A DNA stretch of 58,373 nucleotides, filler included, from Sphacelaria rigidula (taxonomy: Eukaryota), in the NCBI GenBank assembly GCA_964200075.2. It is 10 parts of 10 records of this genome, joined end to end, with 100 filler letters (N's around TTAATTAATTAA, not from the genome) between each part and the next. Parts side by side here need not be neighbours in the genome. Positions count along the whole stretch, not along the records: positions 35,086 to 40,832 come from CAXNAA020024774.1; positions 40,933 to 46,679 come from CAXNAA020024775.1; positions 46,780 to 52,526 come from CAXNAA020024776.1; 7 more parts are not named here. One strand, given 5' to 3'. Positions 38,101 through 50,700 of the stretch are shown here, one piece after another. Each line of letters starts with the position of its first letter. Position 1 is the first letter of the stretch. The notes under the pieces are model-generated. The model had not been told where the DNA came from. It was given only the letters and a program-made list of their open reading frames with translations, and searched no databases. A program made the position numbers and the translations under genes.

Positions 38101-40674
38101 GGTGCTTAATGGTATGCTGGTATGCTGTTAGAAATCCAACCATCGTTGTACACGAGGGTTGTGTTCGCCAACCTCGGCGAGTTGTTCGAGTGCTCCGTGA
38201 TCTGTATAGATCTTGAAGGGCGCGTGAAATAGATATTGTCGAAGGCGCTTAATGGCCCAAGTGATCACTCCGCCTTCCAGTTCTAGCGAGCTTCAATTGG
38301 CCTCGTTGGGCAGGGTAGCGCGGCTGATATAGAGGATGGGCGGACGGAGCCATCAACCTGAGGTTGATTCAAAACTCCTCCAGATCCGTTTGTGCCGGCG
38401 TCAGTGTGGAGTTGGAAAAGGCGGGAGCCATCTTGTACTGTCTCCCAATCAGGAAAGCAGAGTACCGGTTTTTCGGTAAACGTCTTGAGTAATTGGCGGG
38501 TGATATTTTCCATTTCGGTTGTGAAGGAAAACACGGCTCCTTTCTTGAGTAACTCAGTAAGGGGGCGAATCCGTTTAGATGAAGTCGGCAGAAAAATGCG
38601 GTAGTAGGATAGCCCGCCCAAAAATAAGCGAACTTGAGAAATGCTAGTTGGCATCGGCAAGTCAGTCATCGCCTTGACTTTGTTTGTATCCGGATGCAGG
38701 CCTGGTGGCGAAATGGAATGCCCCGAGAAATCCAAGTCAGCTGCACCAAGGCGAGCTTTGGATGGGGACAATTTCAAATCGTGCGTGCGTCGGCGAGAGA
38801 GAAATCCTCGTAACGTGCAGATATGCGCAAAAGGTGAGGCATCGAAAGCGATAGCGTCATTCAGGTACATGATGATGTGCTCGAGGCCCTCGGTGACGCG
38901 TTGCATTAGGCGTTGAAAGCATCCCGGGGCAGTGGCGGCGCCTTGTGGCATTGGAAGCCACTCATAGAGTCCGGACGGGGTACAAAAAGCCATCAGTGGG
39001 ACTGTGTCAGGATGTATAGCATTCTGAAAAAAAATCAGAAGCGAGGTCGAAGATGCTGAACATATTTTCTTCGCCTAAGGAGTCGAAGACTTCATCAATG
39101 CGGGGAATCGGAAATTTACCGACCACAATGACGCGGTTCAACCGTTGGTAATTCATGGATATGCATATGTTTCGTTTTGGGGGGGGGACGACCACAAGGG
39201 GCGAGGCCTAAGGAGAGGAGGAATGTGTATTAATCCCGCTCCCAAATACGCATCCAAGATGGCGTTAACTTTCTTGGCAAGGATCGGGTTTGTTCGGTAT
39301 AGCCGAGATGAAATCGGCGAGACGCCGGGTTGGAGGGTAACCTCAAAGGGCAGCTTTTTGCAAAGCCCAAGATCCGTCTAGGATCGAGAAAATCGGTCTT
39401 GGTACTGTAGCAGGACGTCACTGAGTTATTGGATGACTGCCGGTTCCCAGGCGGGCCCATGAAGGTCAAAATTGTTGTCGCGCATGTGTGGCGGCAGTTG
39501 GTTTCACATGTGCAAGAAACTATTCCGAGGATCCGGTGATGAGCGCTGAAGCACTTCAGCAGGAGGATCGGAATTGCACTGGACAGGATCCACGTTGTGG
39601 ACCTGGGGTGGAGTCGCAGAGGCGAGGTCGAAATAAGGTTCATCGACACAATGGACTGACTCCGCCGGAGATGTGGCGTTTGGCGCGGCACACTCTGTTA
39701 TGCACGTCTCGAGTGGGATGTGCATCAGGGGAGCAGCGGCGATTCCTAAAACATCGCCGGGTTCCAAGTTAGCATGACCCGTAAGAGAGAGGAGTTGTTT
39801 TCCCGCTGACACAGAATGTTCTGTGTCGGCTGGTGCACCAATACCGGGTAAAATTTTCGGCAAGATAATGACCCGTAAGTGCTGGCATGCCATTTCGGCG
39901 AACTAGTACAACTTCTAGAAGTTGGAGGTCGTCGGAGAGTGTAATACCAACGCTACCGTTGTATCGTAGGTGGTAAGCAGCTCCAGTTACTTGAGTATTC
40001 TTCTAGTAGGCCAGGGCGCCGTGGAGAGTACCAAAGTGCTCGAGGTTGAATTCTCCACGAGGCGTGGAATGTGGCGCTAGTGGTAAAAGCCTGCGGTAGG
40101 TGCGTTTATTTAACCGCATGACGCTTTCTGCGATAGCCCCCCCAAAAAACCAGCCCAGAAGTGTCACGAAAAAAATGGCCGTACAGCGCCTGATGTTTGG
40201 GTTCAGGCTGCATGAAGCGCCACATATTGGCAACATTGGCGAGAACGGACCCAAGAGTGGGAATTCCCAGCTGCGCGATGTGCTTAGCTTTTCCCATTTC
40301 GATTCACGTGAAGGTTTTGCCTCCCAACACCATGTACTTTCGGGGGGAGGCTGTCGTAGAAAGTGTCGCATATAGCTATCTCTGCCCAATAATATGGCGT
40401 GGTGCATTGTGCTGTCGGGGACAATGTATGCCAAGACTGCCAGGCTGGCAGATCGAGTGGCGTTGTGAAAGAATTGCACACTGAGACGTACGAATTTACG
40501 TGTCGTCAGTGGTGCGGCAGAATCACCGACACCGCCCCATACTCGAGGTTGGGTGGTGGTTTCGCAAGCTGCAGTAGCAGCGCCAGTCTATTTCATGTGT
40601 TTCCATGTTGATTCTCGAATAAATGTTTGCGGGCTACCGCTGTCCAGCAAGGATACGCATTTCGTAGGCGTGAT
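35192..40674 (-). mobile_element. pol: Ty3/Gypsy retrotransposon pol (PR-RT-RH-IN-chromodomain-extension), degenerate, same family as contig 2
   Basis: Collinear with 8495-11596. It adds an integrase HHCC region (HLGVTRT...CFKC), core motifs (SFDYFGPL, DRFSRH, SDNGQQF, AYHPNGNGGTER), GPY/F-like NWTGPRKI and chromodomain-like YKTHWHG...SWERESDL. Many stops and frameshifts. Confidence 0.95.
40120..40367. mobile_element. 248-bp MITE with 4-bp target duplication (GCAT), inserted in the Gypsy protease region
   Basis: TIRs GACGCTTTCTGCGATAGCCCCC / GGAGGCTGTCGTAGAAAGTGTC; GCAT at 40116-40119 and 40368-40371. The empty site is present in contig 2 at about 8795-8803. Confidence 0.92.
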
Positions 40675-40932
40675 ACACGGGTGGCCACTGGGTTCTGTAA
40701 CCTGGCCATTTTGGGACCTTATCCACCTTTGACAAGGTCCGCGGATTGGGTAGACAACTGAAGAGCATTCGCACAGCATGGACAGGTTCGAAACAAAACA
40801 TGTCCCAGTCTATAGGCGGGTGACTCCCCTGTNNNNNNNNNNNNNNNNNNNNNNNNNNNNNNNNNNNNNNNNNNNNTTAATTAATTAANNNNNNNNNNNN
40901 NNNNNNNNNNNNNNNNNNNNNNNNNNNNNNNN

Positions 40933-41078
40933 GGGGGGCGTACTCATTTGTTGCTTGCCTTAGTCGTTTGACCATTGACCACGCATCCCTTTCGAGACGG
41001 AGCGGGGGGGGGGCGTACTCGTTTGTTGCTTGCCTTGGTTGTTTGACCATTGAACACGCGTCTATTTCGAGACGGAGC
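40933..41078 (+). repeat. Two tandem G-run head modules of about 75 bp
   Basis: GGGGGGCGTACTC.TTTGTTGCTTGCCTT.G..GTTTGACCATTGA.CACGC...TTTCGAGACGGAGC twice. Confidence 0.85.
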
Positions 41079-41481
41079 ATGTTGCGGGGGGGTTGGGGAG
41101 TGGGGAGGAAGTACAGGATGTCAGTGCAACGGTGAGTAACCCAAAGATGAGATTTGGAAACGTCTGAGGTGCAAAGTTGCGATGTGTGCACTCTGTTCAG
41201 AGATTGACCCCTTTGGCCTTGGTGATGGAGAAGTGTGGATTTCGAAGTGCTGTTTTTTTTCTCCACATATGGTTGAGTTTTTACAGCTTTCACGCAACAC
41301 TATTATAGGCCGTATCTTATCAATTTTCTTCCGACTCGAACAAGTTCGTGCGGCGGAATTTATTCACTTCGCTTTCCTATGTTTGGGTCCGAGCGAATTT
41401 GCACGCTTTGAATCGAAGGCGAAGCGAAATTCGTGAAGCGGTACTTCTTTAATTATAACCAATATACAGTAGAGAGCAGAC

Positions 41482-43055
41482 AGTACAGACTGTACAACAG
41501 TGGCGGCCTGTACTGTACTGTTGTCCGCGTGGTGTGTATTTCGCACAGAGCATGCGGGCGCGATGTGGAAAAGAAGAGGGCAACGCGACCCACAGCAGAT
41601 TTGACAGACAGCACAGCTTTCTGACTCTCTGCGTATAGGAGGATGCGAAGCGGATTTGAACCACGTGCATTTTTTCCATCGCCTCTACTGTCCATGAGTG
41701 CGTTGGCTATTTGATCGCCCGCCCCGACACGCAACTCTGTCGGTGGACCCTACCACAAAATTAGGTGCCCAAGTTTTTGCCAACAAGAAAAAACACATCA
41801 TGCCAAAAGTGTGGTGGTGTCGGTTTCCTATCACTGCTGCAGTATATATCCCTGTGCTGAGTTCGTGATCTATGCCGCAGGGTTGGGTACGTGGTTGGGT
41901 ACGTAGCTGCGAATGAACCATTCGGGTTTGGCGTAATTCTGTGGAAGGGTGGTATCTGGCAGGGTTGTCTGCAGCATAGGTACTTCTTTACCTATATATC
42001 AATCAATCAATCAAGTACAGACTGTACAACAGTGGCGGCCTGTACTACTGTGTTGTGTAGATAGTGCGTGTGTTTCGCTCAGCATGCAGCCGCGATGCGG
42101 AAATGAAGCGGGCAACGCGACATACAGCTGATTTGACAGATGCACAACTTTCTGACTCTCTGCATACAAGAGGATGCGAAGCAGATTTAAACCATGTGCA
42201 GTTTTATTTCACCTCCCCGAATGTCCATGAGCGCGTTGGCAATTCGATCGCCCACCCCAACACGCAACTCCGTGGGTGGACCCTGCCACGAAATTAGATG
42301 CCCAAGTTTTCGCCAACAAGAAGGAAAACCAGTCTTACGCTAGAATTAAAAAAAAAAATCGGAACAAAATCCGACATTTTTCCGCCCCAATACGCATGCA
42401 CACACCGCGCAACCCCAGATTCAGCAAGATGGGGTTATTGTCTACATGACATGTGGTCGGAGTTTCAGCACGTGAAAGCACTAACAGCGCTTGCAAGGCC
42501 GTGTCTCCTGAAGTGAGCACCTCTACAGGCGATACCAAGATAGATACCGCGTAGAATGACATCACCCAGAGTGTGCGCATATACGGATCGATGTGTTCGT
42601 TTGCCGGGGCAGGAGCCACCCAGCAGGAAGTGAGCGTATTTGTGTGTCAACATATGCATCCACTGACGTCTTACTCAGTCTGGGCCGAGGGGACTGCGTT
42701 TTGAGGGCGTATCGATGGCGTTGCCCAAAATCCGTGTTTTGCTTCGTGCGTCTAGCGCACCACGTTGAACGTGCCGCCGGTCCGGGAATATGCTGTCTGT
42801 GTTGTGGTCTACCTCTGTGCCAAGTTTCAGGCCTGATAGAACCGACACGGCGAAGAAATCCACAAGCAAAATAACCCTTGAGTTGTACTGAAAATACAGT
42901 ACTAAACCCTGTTGAACCGTCGAAAGATATATGAGGCGCGTATGATTTTTGTATGCGGGAATCTTGGCAGTTGACTTGCTTTTTTTTTTTTTGGCGTAAG
43001 ACTGACACATCATGGCAAAACAGTGGTGATGTCGGTTTCTATCCCTCACTGTAGT
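41482..43055 (+). repeat. Direct repeat of about 370 bp (41482-41850 and 42014-43055, second copy interrupted)
   Basis: Both begin AGTACAGACTGTACAACAGTGGCGGCCTGTACT; homology resumes after 43004 (ACACATCATG.CAAAA). Confidence 0.85.
42330..43004. mobile_element. 675-bp non-autonomous DNA transposon, TIR CAGTCTTACGC, apparent 2-bp TSD (AC)
   Basis: Perfect 11-bp TIR followed by A/T runs; the empty site is seen in the sister repeat at about 41785-41800. Confidence 0.82.
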
Positions 43056-43497
43056 GTATGCGTGTATGCGTGTCTGCAACATGGGAGTTACGCGCCGCTT
43101 CGTTCATTCCGCCGCTCGTTTCGCTCGAAAAAGCTAAGCTTTTCTGTTTTTGACCCTGCCCGTCGCGCGCAACTAATAATAGAATGGCCTTGAAGCCATC
43201 TAGGAACATAAATGCCGTGGGCGTATCAGATTCGGTCTCGCAACGACCAGTTCGATTCGACCGCATGTTTTCGAGTCGGAAAAAAAATAAAATAAGACAC
43301 GGCCTTAGCCCTAGGCGTGTTTTTGTGACCCGTGGAAAAATGTACCCCAGTGCAGCACGGGACTCGGTATACAGAAAATAGACAGGTGTTGCCGATTTTT
43401 GTTTGTATAGAGTTCAGGCACACAAGCACTGATTTTGGCTGTGTGGACAGATTTGAACAAACTTGACCCATTGCGTCCCCTCATTGTACACAACTAA

Positions 43498-43620
43498 TCC
43501 GACCGCACCGGGGTGACATTTTTGGTGCGTGCCTGAAGTATGCTGCTGGATTTTACGACTAGTCCGACCGCACCGGGGTGACTTTTTCGGTGCGCATCTG
43601 ACGTATGCTGCTGGATTTTT
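43498..43620. repeat. Tandem repeat of about 65 bp, two copies
   Basis: TCCGACCGCACCGGGGTGAC.TTTT.GGTGCG...CTGA.GTATGCTGCTGGATTTT twice. Confidence 0.9.
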
Positions 43621-45199
43621 CTGCGCCCTTTTGTAAATATGGTTGCCGCCGGTCTTCTCTATTCCATAATTTTATGAGGCGTCTAGCCCAGGGTTGGAAG
43701 GGGAGGGTTCTCAAAGGGTCAACACGCAATTGAATCATGGGCGAATTAAAGAAAAAAAAAAACAGTCTGCTTGAACACGCGTTGCCCCGCTGTCTGCGGT
43801 TTCTCTAAATCCTCTTTTCGTCGTACGTTCAACCCGTGTTGTCTTTCATGTGTTCTAATACTGCAGAGCAAACCACGTAATCAACAGGTCGGATATGCCC
43901 TTGTTTTTAATTTCCACTCAACAAGAGGCAGGGTGATGAACCCATGTGCTGTAGATATACACGAATGCTTGGAGTTGTACTTGTTCTATACGTACGAATT
44001 ATTACACAATCGTTAACGCCTAGCTCGTGCGCACAGCACAGGTGGAATTGCTCGGTGGATTACTGATGTATACCAACCAGATTCTGCCCTGCTACGCGTA
44101 TTGTACTGTACATTTTGTACCATTGTTTTCCCTGGCGGAAGGGTGGCTGTTTCCATACCTTGCCGTTTTTGTCGGATTTATTCCCAACCGCGGCGCTTCA
44201 AAATAAGTGCAGTGGGTGATACTGTTACAGTACTGGGCGGTCTAACTATTTAGGGGTGTTTTGGGGTTTTCCTCGCGTACGGCCCTTCGATAGAATTCGA
44301 AATTGCTAGCGTCGGTAGATTTTGGTGCAAAAAATTGATCATCCTCGAAACACAGTGCCCAAGTCAGTGTTAGTTGGTGTTATCGGGCGATACTAGTAAA
44401 TACCCCGTCTATTAGGAGGGTGATACTGACCGTGAAACACGGTTGTCGGCTCTAGTGCAATGGGTGGGTAGAATTTTTTTTAAAAGTACATTTCTTCACA
44501 AATATGATCGGGACAGCCTCCATCGACCGCAAATATTTTAGAGTAACAATCTGGGCTGAAACGTGGCAGGACCCCCCGATGACCGGTCAGCCCGTAAGTC
44601 ACTCAATATTGAGTACAGATGGTATGTTTTTCTTAGAATGTGGAGCGGATACAAACATTTTCAGATTCCCAATGTGAGAAGCGGTGGCAGGCAGAAAGAG
44701 CCCCAAGAAAATCGCCAATTACGAAAAATCCCCAAATGCCACAAAATGAATAGTTAGACCGCCCACTACTGTAGAGGTGGGTATTTTGAGTTGGTTCGCC
44801 ATGTGCAAGTGCAAACCCTTGCGCTCTGTTCGATTTTCAAGGGTCGAGCGAATCGGAGTTTCTACGGGTTGACTCATTATGGATGTTGAGTGTGATTCGT
44901 GTACCAAAAGAGTTATCATCCATAAATCACGGATAAGAGCATATACGTTCGAGGTAGTATCGGACGAGTTACGAACGGGGTTGTGTGCTCTCCGAGTCGC
45001 GGTACACGAATAACGATTACAACACGTATGGCCGGTCGCCCCGGTGTCTCAAGTTGTAACCTCGAAACCTTCGTATGGTTGTGTCGTAGGTTTGGCGCTC
45101 GCCGACTTATCAGGGGGGGTACCACCCTTCCCGACGCCGCCCCTGTTGTGCAGGATGTAGTATTGGATCGGTTTATTTAGGAGCGTGTACGGCGTATAA

Positions 45200-45500
45200 C
45201 AACGTTTTCGTGAGATTGAGAGTAGAGCGCTGATTGCGAGTGGCTTCGGTACTTCGCTTTAACCTATCCAAGATTTCATTTCGTGTGTGCTTTTCTTCGC
45301 CTCCCATCGCTAGCGTGTGCTCACAGCTACACGTCGATATCCTTCCTACTCAGGGATATCAAGGGCCTCAGTGGCAAGCTACTACAGAAAGCATACTGGG
45401 CCTCGTAAAGGAGCATTTCGGAAATGAAACGACTCATTCACTAATTGACGACTTTTCACTCTCAATCGTATCCTCTACTCTAAATCTCACGAAAACATTG
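45200..45500. mobile_element. MITE with TIR CAA(C/T)GTTTTCGTGAGATT
   Basis: TIRs of about 28 bp; inverted second copy at about 47977-48253. Confidence 0.82.
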
Positions 45501-45700
45501 TATGGGCTAGGGGATGGTGTTCTGGTACCCTTCCCCCCGCCCTCCCCCCTGAAACTGGTCTGGTCTGGCGAGACCCTGACGTACTCCGTCCCAGCTTTGT
45601 AGGGATGTGGCTGGCGTCGGTTGGCCATGACGCCGTAGAACACGCCTTTCACTGTGTATGCTATTAACCCTGTTGGGACCTGACCCCCACTAACACAGAA

Positions 45701-46013
45701 TTGACCCTGTGTTAGTGGAAATAATTAAAACCAAGTCTTCGAGCGACCTGCCCAATCACGGCGAGGCGAAAATTATCGACCAGACCCGAACGGCCAGCGC
45801 AGGGATTGTTGTCGAGTGTGCTGCCACTGCAAAGATCGTGTGGGGGCCCTATCCCTGGCCCAGATAAGCCTCTCCAGGTTTCCAAGTGCAGGATGGTCGC
45901 GGCTTGGTTTTATGGTATTACTTGCACTCAGTACACCATTCCCGAGTTTTTCCGGAGTGTTTTTTGGGTTCCAACTCTATGCTGAAACGTAGTAATTGAC
46001 ACTAACACAGGGT
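45701..46013. mobile_element. Putative MITE, TIR ACCCTGTGTTAGTG
   Basis: 14-bp perfect inverted repeat at the ends; no clear TSD. Confidence 0.55.
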
Positions 46014-47248
46014 GGATCGGAAAAAAACGGGAAGGAGTGTACATGCCACCATGTGGTCATTTTCACGAGGAACAAAATCCAGGTGGGCTGTGGAAAGACA
46101 AGAGGAGCTGCCGTGATGAATTCTGCGTATCCCTCTGCCGATGAATTGCAGTGTGCAGTCTACATGTATGTAGTGGGCGGGGATGACAAAAAGCTGTATA
46201 TAGGCAGCTGATTTCGATAGCTGAATTGCCCAGAACGCGCAAGGGAGTATGTAGCGGCAGCTGCTGCTTCAGTTGGAGAGGCGTACTAGACTGTACTGTG
46301 CTACTATATACTGTTGTATGTATGCGCGCCGCAACGCTAATACCCTTCGAAGAGAATTTGCCGCATGCAACAAGGTGGGAAATGGCGGCCCACCCCGACC
46401 TAAAAGGGCTGTGTGGCAAGGTGGTGGGGACAAAAGTATCATCCAAAGCCACATGTGGCGGGCGGCTCGCCGGTCGCAGCATCCTGTTGGAGGCTCTTCA
46501 CCGCGACTCATACTGCTTGCTACACGAGATGTACACCACCTAATGCGCACCCCGCACCTGAAATAGATTGGATGGAACTTTCGGTCTTCGTCACGACCCT
46601 GCGGTTACATACGCGGAGTTTCAGCAACACGCCACTGTTTCGTGCAGACGCCAGACACGTCATTCCTGACAGGCCTCTTNNNNNNNNNNNNNNNNNNNNN
46701 NNNNNNNNNNNNNNNNNNNNNNNTTAATTAATTAANNNNNNNNNNNNNNNNNNNNNNNNNNNNNNNNNNNNNNNNNNNNGACTCAAGGCCCCAAATACCG
46801 CCAACCAAATAACTAAGAATCACAACGTTCCATCTTGCGGCCTCTCGTATGCGGCCTCTCGTATCAGACAACGCAAAAATGACCAAAAATCCACTTATTA
46901 TGTGATCAGAAAACGCGTTCTCTTATATATATATTTTCCGATAACATTTTCTGATAGCCCAAAGGTATCAGAAAATCAGGATCTTCCGATATCCTCGGGC
47001 TATCGGAAAATGATGTCGAAAAAGCGTTTGAACGCACCTTACAGCTCACAACAGCACCTGTGATGGCTTGGCTGCCATCATTACTACTGCTGTCGCTAGT
47101 GCTCGCAGGCATTCAGCGTGTTGTATCATTGTCCTTCGCTCGCCAGTAGCGTGGTGGCCCTTTACCCCATGAAAACAGTAGGCCGGGTCGATGACGACTG
47201 CTGTACAGACAGGACAGTCTATGCTGTATGTCGTCCGTACAGTATTGT

Positions 47249-47684
47249 AGCTCAGTTCAGGTCTGTGCATGCAGCGTGCCGCGAACAACCGTCGCAATGT
47301 TTTACAGACTGCCCACGCACCCAAGCCTTGTAGAGACCAGACCGGACTGACAGTACACACAAGACTATAATATAGGTAGTGCTACTACTGTAGTTCATCC
47401 AACGCATACAACACAACAGTAGTGTCTGTACTGTTGTCCGTGCTGCCCGTACAATACAACCGAGTACTACAGTGCAGCGGACTTGCAGCTCAGTTCAGGT
47501 CTGTGCATGCAGCGTGTTGCGAACAGACGTCGCTTTGCAGTACAGACTACCTACGCTCTCAAGCCTTGTAGATACAGTACCGTACTGACAGTACACACAA
47601 GACGATGAATAGTGCTACTGTTGTAGTACTATAGCCGATGCATACAATACAGCGCTGTTGTGCGCACTGTTGTCCGTGCTGTCC
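47249..47684. repeat. Tandem duplication, period about 238 bp
   Basis: AGCTCAGTTCAGGTCTGTGCATGCAGCGTG...CTGACAGTACACACAAGAC...ACTGTTGTCCGTGCTG twice. Confidence 0.85.
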
Positions 47685-47976
47685 TTTCAGTCAAGTACTA
47701 CCGTGCAGTGAAAAAGCAGTCACTTCTAGGGTCAGTTGGTACAGCAAGGCGGTGTTCGTGTTGATCGTCTTGCGTCACACAGCCCACCATGCATTGCACA
47801 GGTAATGCATCACAGTGGTACAGACAGTCAGCACGGACCGTACACCACGAGACGACAGCAGAGTGCTGCGTCTCTCTCCCCCTCCCTCCTACTGCGCCAG
47901 AATAAGGTTCTGGCGACATGGGGGGCCCTGGTGCCGTGACTTGCCGATGTGGGGCTCCTTGGTCACGCGCTGCTAA

Positions 47977-48253
47977 TAATGTTTTCGTGAAATTGAGAGT
48001 TGAAGGTATGATTGAGAGTGAAAAGCGGTCAATTAGTGAATAAACCGTTTCAGTTCCGAAATGCACCTCCACCAGGCCCAATATTCTCTCTGTAGTAGCT
48101 TGCCACTGAAGCCCTCGATACCCCTGAATAGGATATCAACGCGAGCTGTAAGCACATGGCAGTGATGGAGGCAAAGAAAAGCACACACGGAATGAAAAAT
48201 TGGCCAAGTTAAAGCGAATGATCAAAGCCACTCTCAATCTCACGAAAACCTTG
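47977..48253. mobile_element. Second copy of the 45200-45500 MITE (inverted)
   Basis: The reverse complement is collinear. Confidence 0.8.
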
Positions 48254-48846
48254 TTTGCTGCTGTACGGCAGTAGGAGCGGAATTTTCGCTCAGGGCCCGC
48301 AGATGAGGGCAACAATGATGAGTTGCCACATTTTTCAACCAATCAGAGCCTTTCAGGGCACGAAAATGCGGGGATCTTCCGCCACTCACATGAGAGCCAT
48401 GATATGCATATGAAATGCAAAGTGGCTTTGAATCGCCAACGCGTTGCGCCGCAGCGAGACAGACAGATAGCCGCGACGACCAATCGCTGAGGACACAGCA
48501 GTTCGTGCTGGCTTAGTTTGTTTGCTCCAACCTGCAGGCACCCACCTTGTGTATCTTCTCCCCCATCACAGCACCCGAGGACAACCGAAGTACGGAAGAA
48601 CAGACAACGAACAGCTTCACATACATCACGAGATTGCTGTAGCTTCGTGTATGCAGCATTTTGGCCGCACCCCATTTCTGTACAGACCGGGAGACGGCAG
48701 CAGTCAGCAGTTCGGGCACTCTCCATGGCAGATCGAACCGTGTTCCTAGAGGGTTCGAACGCACAGCACAGCATGGAAATGATGGATGTGGGCAGTGCCT
48801 TGTTCGTTTTACGAAAGACAAAACAGCCAACACACGGTGAAGTTTT

Positions 48847-49198
48847 AACAGTCAGTGTGTAGACAGCACTGCGTGCCGAAAATTTGACTTGACGGTCGAC
48901 GAGGGAAAAGGACTGCTGGACCCCTCTCGCGATAAGTAATGAAGGCAAGCGCTGCAGAAATAAGGTGGGGTACTAACTTGATTGATTGATTGATTGTCGC
49001 ACTTTGACTGACCCCCCAGGGGTCCAGCCGTGATCTCATGATAGACGTACCCAACAAAAACGAAACTAAACAACAAATGAAAAAATAAAAAGTTCCTGTG
49101 TTGACCTTCCTCCTGTGTGACCCCGGGCTGGTGCGCCCACATATACCGAAAAGGTGTAGACTGGCGTCCAGAATAGATGGGACGACAAAACACACACT
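48847..49198 (+). mobile_element. SINE family A body and tail, interrupted by a family C insertion (48978-49071)
   Basis: Collinear with the reverse complement of 23942-24215, apart from the TTGATTGATT-led insert. Confidence 0.82.
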
Positions 49199-49235
49199 CC
49201 GTGCCGACTAACATGATCTCCTGCAGGGACAAACA

Positions 49236-49558
49236 GCCGCCGCGCCCCCGGTGGTGTAATGGTCCGACTGTCGCCATTAGGGTGGAGAGAACAAGTTCGA
49301 TTCCCGTTCCGTTGGGTTTTTTCTTCGTAGTATCTGATTTTCACCGTGGAAAGCGTGAGAACGGGGAATAAACAAAGTAGTTGACAGTTTATTTGACGTG
49401 AGTTGACGCGGTGCGGGAGTAGTGCTGACCCAATCCACGAGACCAAAATGCAAGGCGTGTACTGTGGGGAGATGGGTCGATCGCTTGAGATCACAGACTC
49501 GTCCCGAGAAAGGGGAGGGGTCGAGAGCGCGACGGATAAAAAAAGAAAAGACAAAAAT
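49236..49558 (+). mobile_element. tRNA-derived SINE, family B
   Basis: A box TGGTGTAATGG, B box GTTCGATTCC; collinear with 1595-1909. Confidence 0.82.
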
Positions 49559-50349
49559 AGGGACAAGCACAGTAATAGAAAGCAAGCAGCTCATGCAATC
49601 CTAGCGAGAAACCGTCTTCGCAAGGTCTAAACACGACAGGGTCCAGTGACAGCTACGGCACACGAGAGAGGGCGTGAGCTGTGTTTGTGCTGCAGTACGG
49701 TGAAACAGTACATGCCCGATATTTTTGCTCTTCCCCTGATTTTGAACGGGTCCTCAATCTTGGCCGTGTGTTGATGCCGAACGCTCGGCCACTTCCGTCG
49801 CGCGCAAATCCTTTTAGTTTCAGATTTAAGTCACCCCTGTCTGTGGGAGGTGCGCCGGCAGTTCATCATCAGCGCGGCGGCTAAAAACAACCAAGGCCGC
49901 TCCTCATGACAGACGAAAATAAAAAGTAATAAAAAAATAATAACCTGAATAAGTCATGAGCGAATGGCCTTTCATCCCTTGACTCGTAGAGGACGAGTTC
50001 ACCGATGAAATACGGATGTGGCTTGTGACGGACGTTTTCGAGACAGAATCCAAGGCGTCCACGAATAGAGCAATACTTATTTTTGATGACGCACTGGCCA
50101 TGTATGACCGGGTCGGCACAGCAACGATGTTTCACGTGACTGTTTGTACATACCACAAAGAACATGTAAGCTGTGCGACTTCAGCCAACTTGATGTTTAA
50201 ACGAGACACTGTACAGGCGGGAAGGAGCGCAGTCAGTGACTAACCAATTCACCTCGCCCACTCCCACATCACCACCCATCTCGTCTCTGCTGGCCTCTCA
50301 ACTTTTTTCGTCACGTTTGTCCAACTTCTGCCCTCACGAGATTTTATAA

Positions 50350-50700
50350 TCAGGGGAAAATGGACATTCGAGATGTTGATCTGGACAGAGTGTACCAGAC
50401 CATGCCCAAGCGACTGACAAGATGGGATTCCTCCCTCTCATGCCATGACCCTGACCCCATGGGGCCCGTAAAAAATTCACTCTCCAATCCCGCAATCACA
50501 GCTATGTGTAGGACATGCAGTGCGCAGCCAATCCGCACAGGGTGAAACTCTTGATCGTCGACATCAACATCGCCCGCAGTACTTTCCACATGCGCGACGC
50601 TGCTGCTCATGATATCCAAATTTCCGTACTTTCCCGTCGTGGCACGATTTCAGGCAACCCTTTCAGTGCAGTTGCGTTGGTGTGTGGTGGCCACAACTGC
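50350..50700 (-). pseudogene. Degenerate hAT-like transposase fragment
   Basis: RIGCALHVLHIAV resembles the hAT CxxH 'C.AH.LNL.V' motif; surrounding frames are broken. Confidence 0.4.

Noticed and set aside
40933..41078. CRISPR-like repeats (also 43498-43620)
   Set aside because: The units are 65-75 bp with only 2-3 copies, no unique spacers and no cas genes, in a eukaryotic context.
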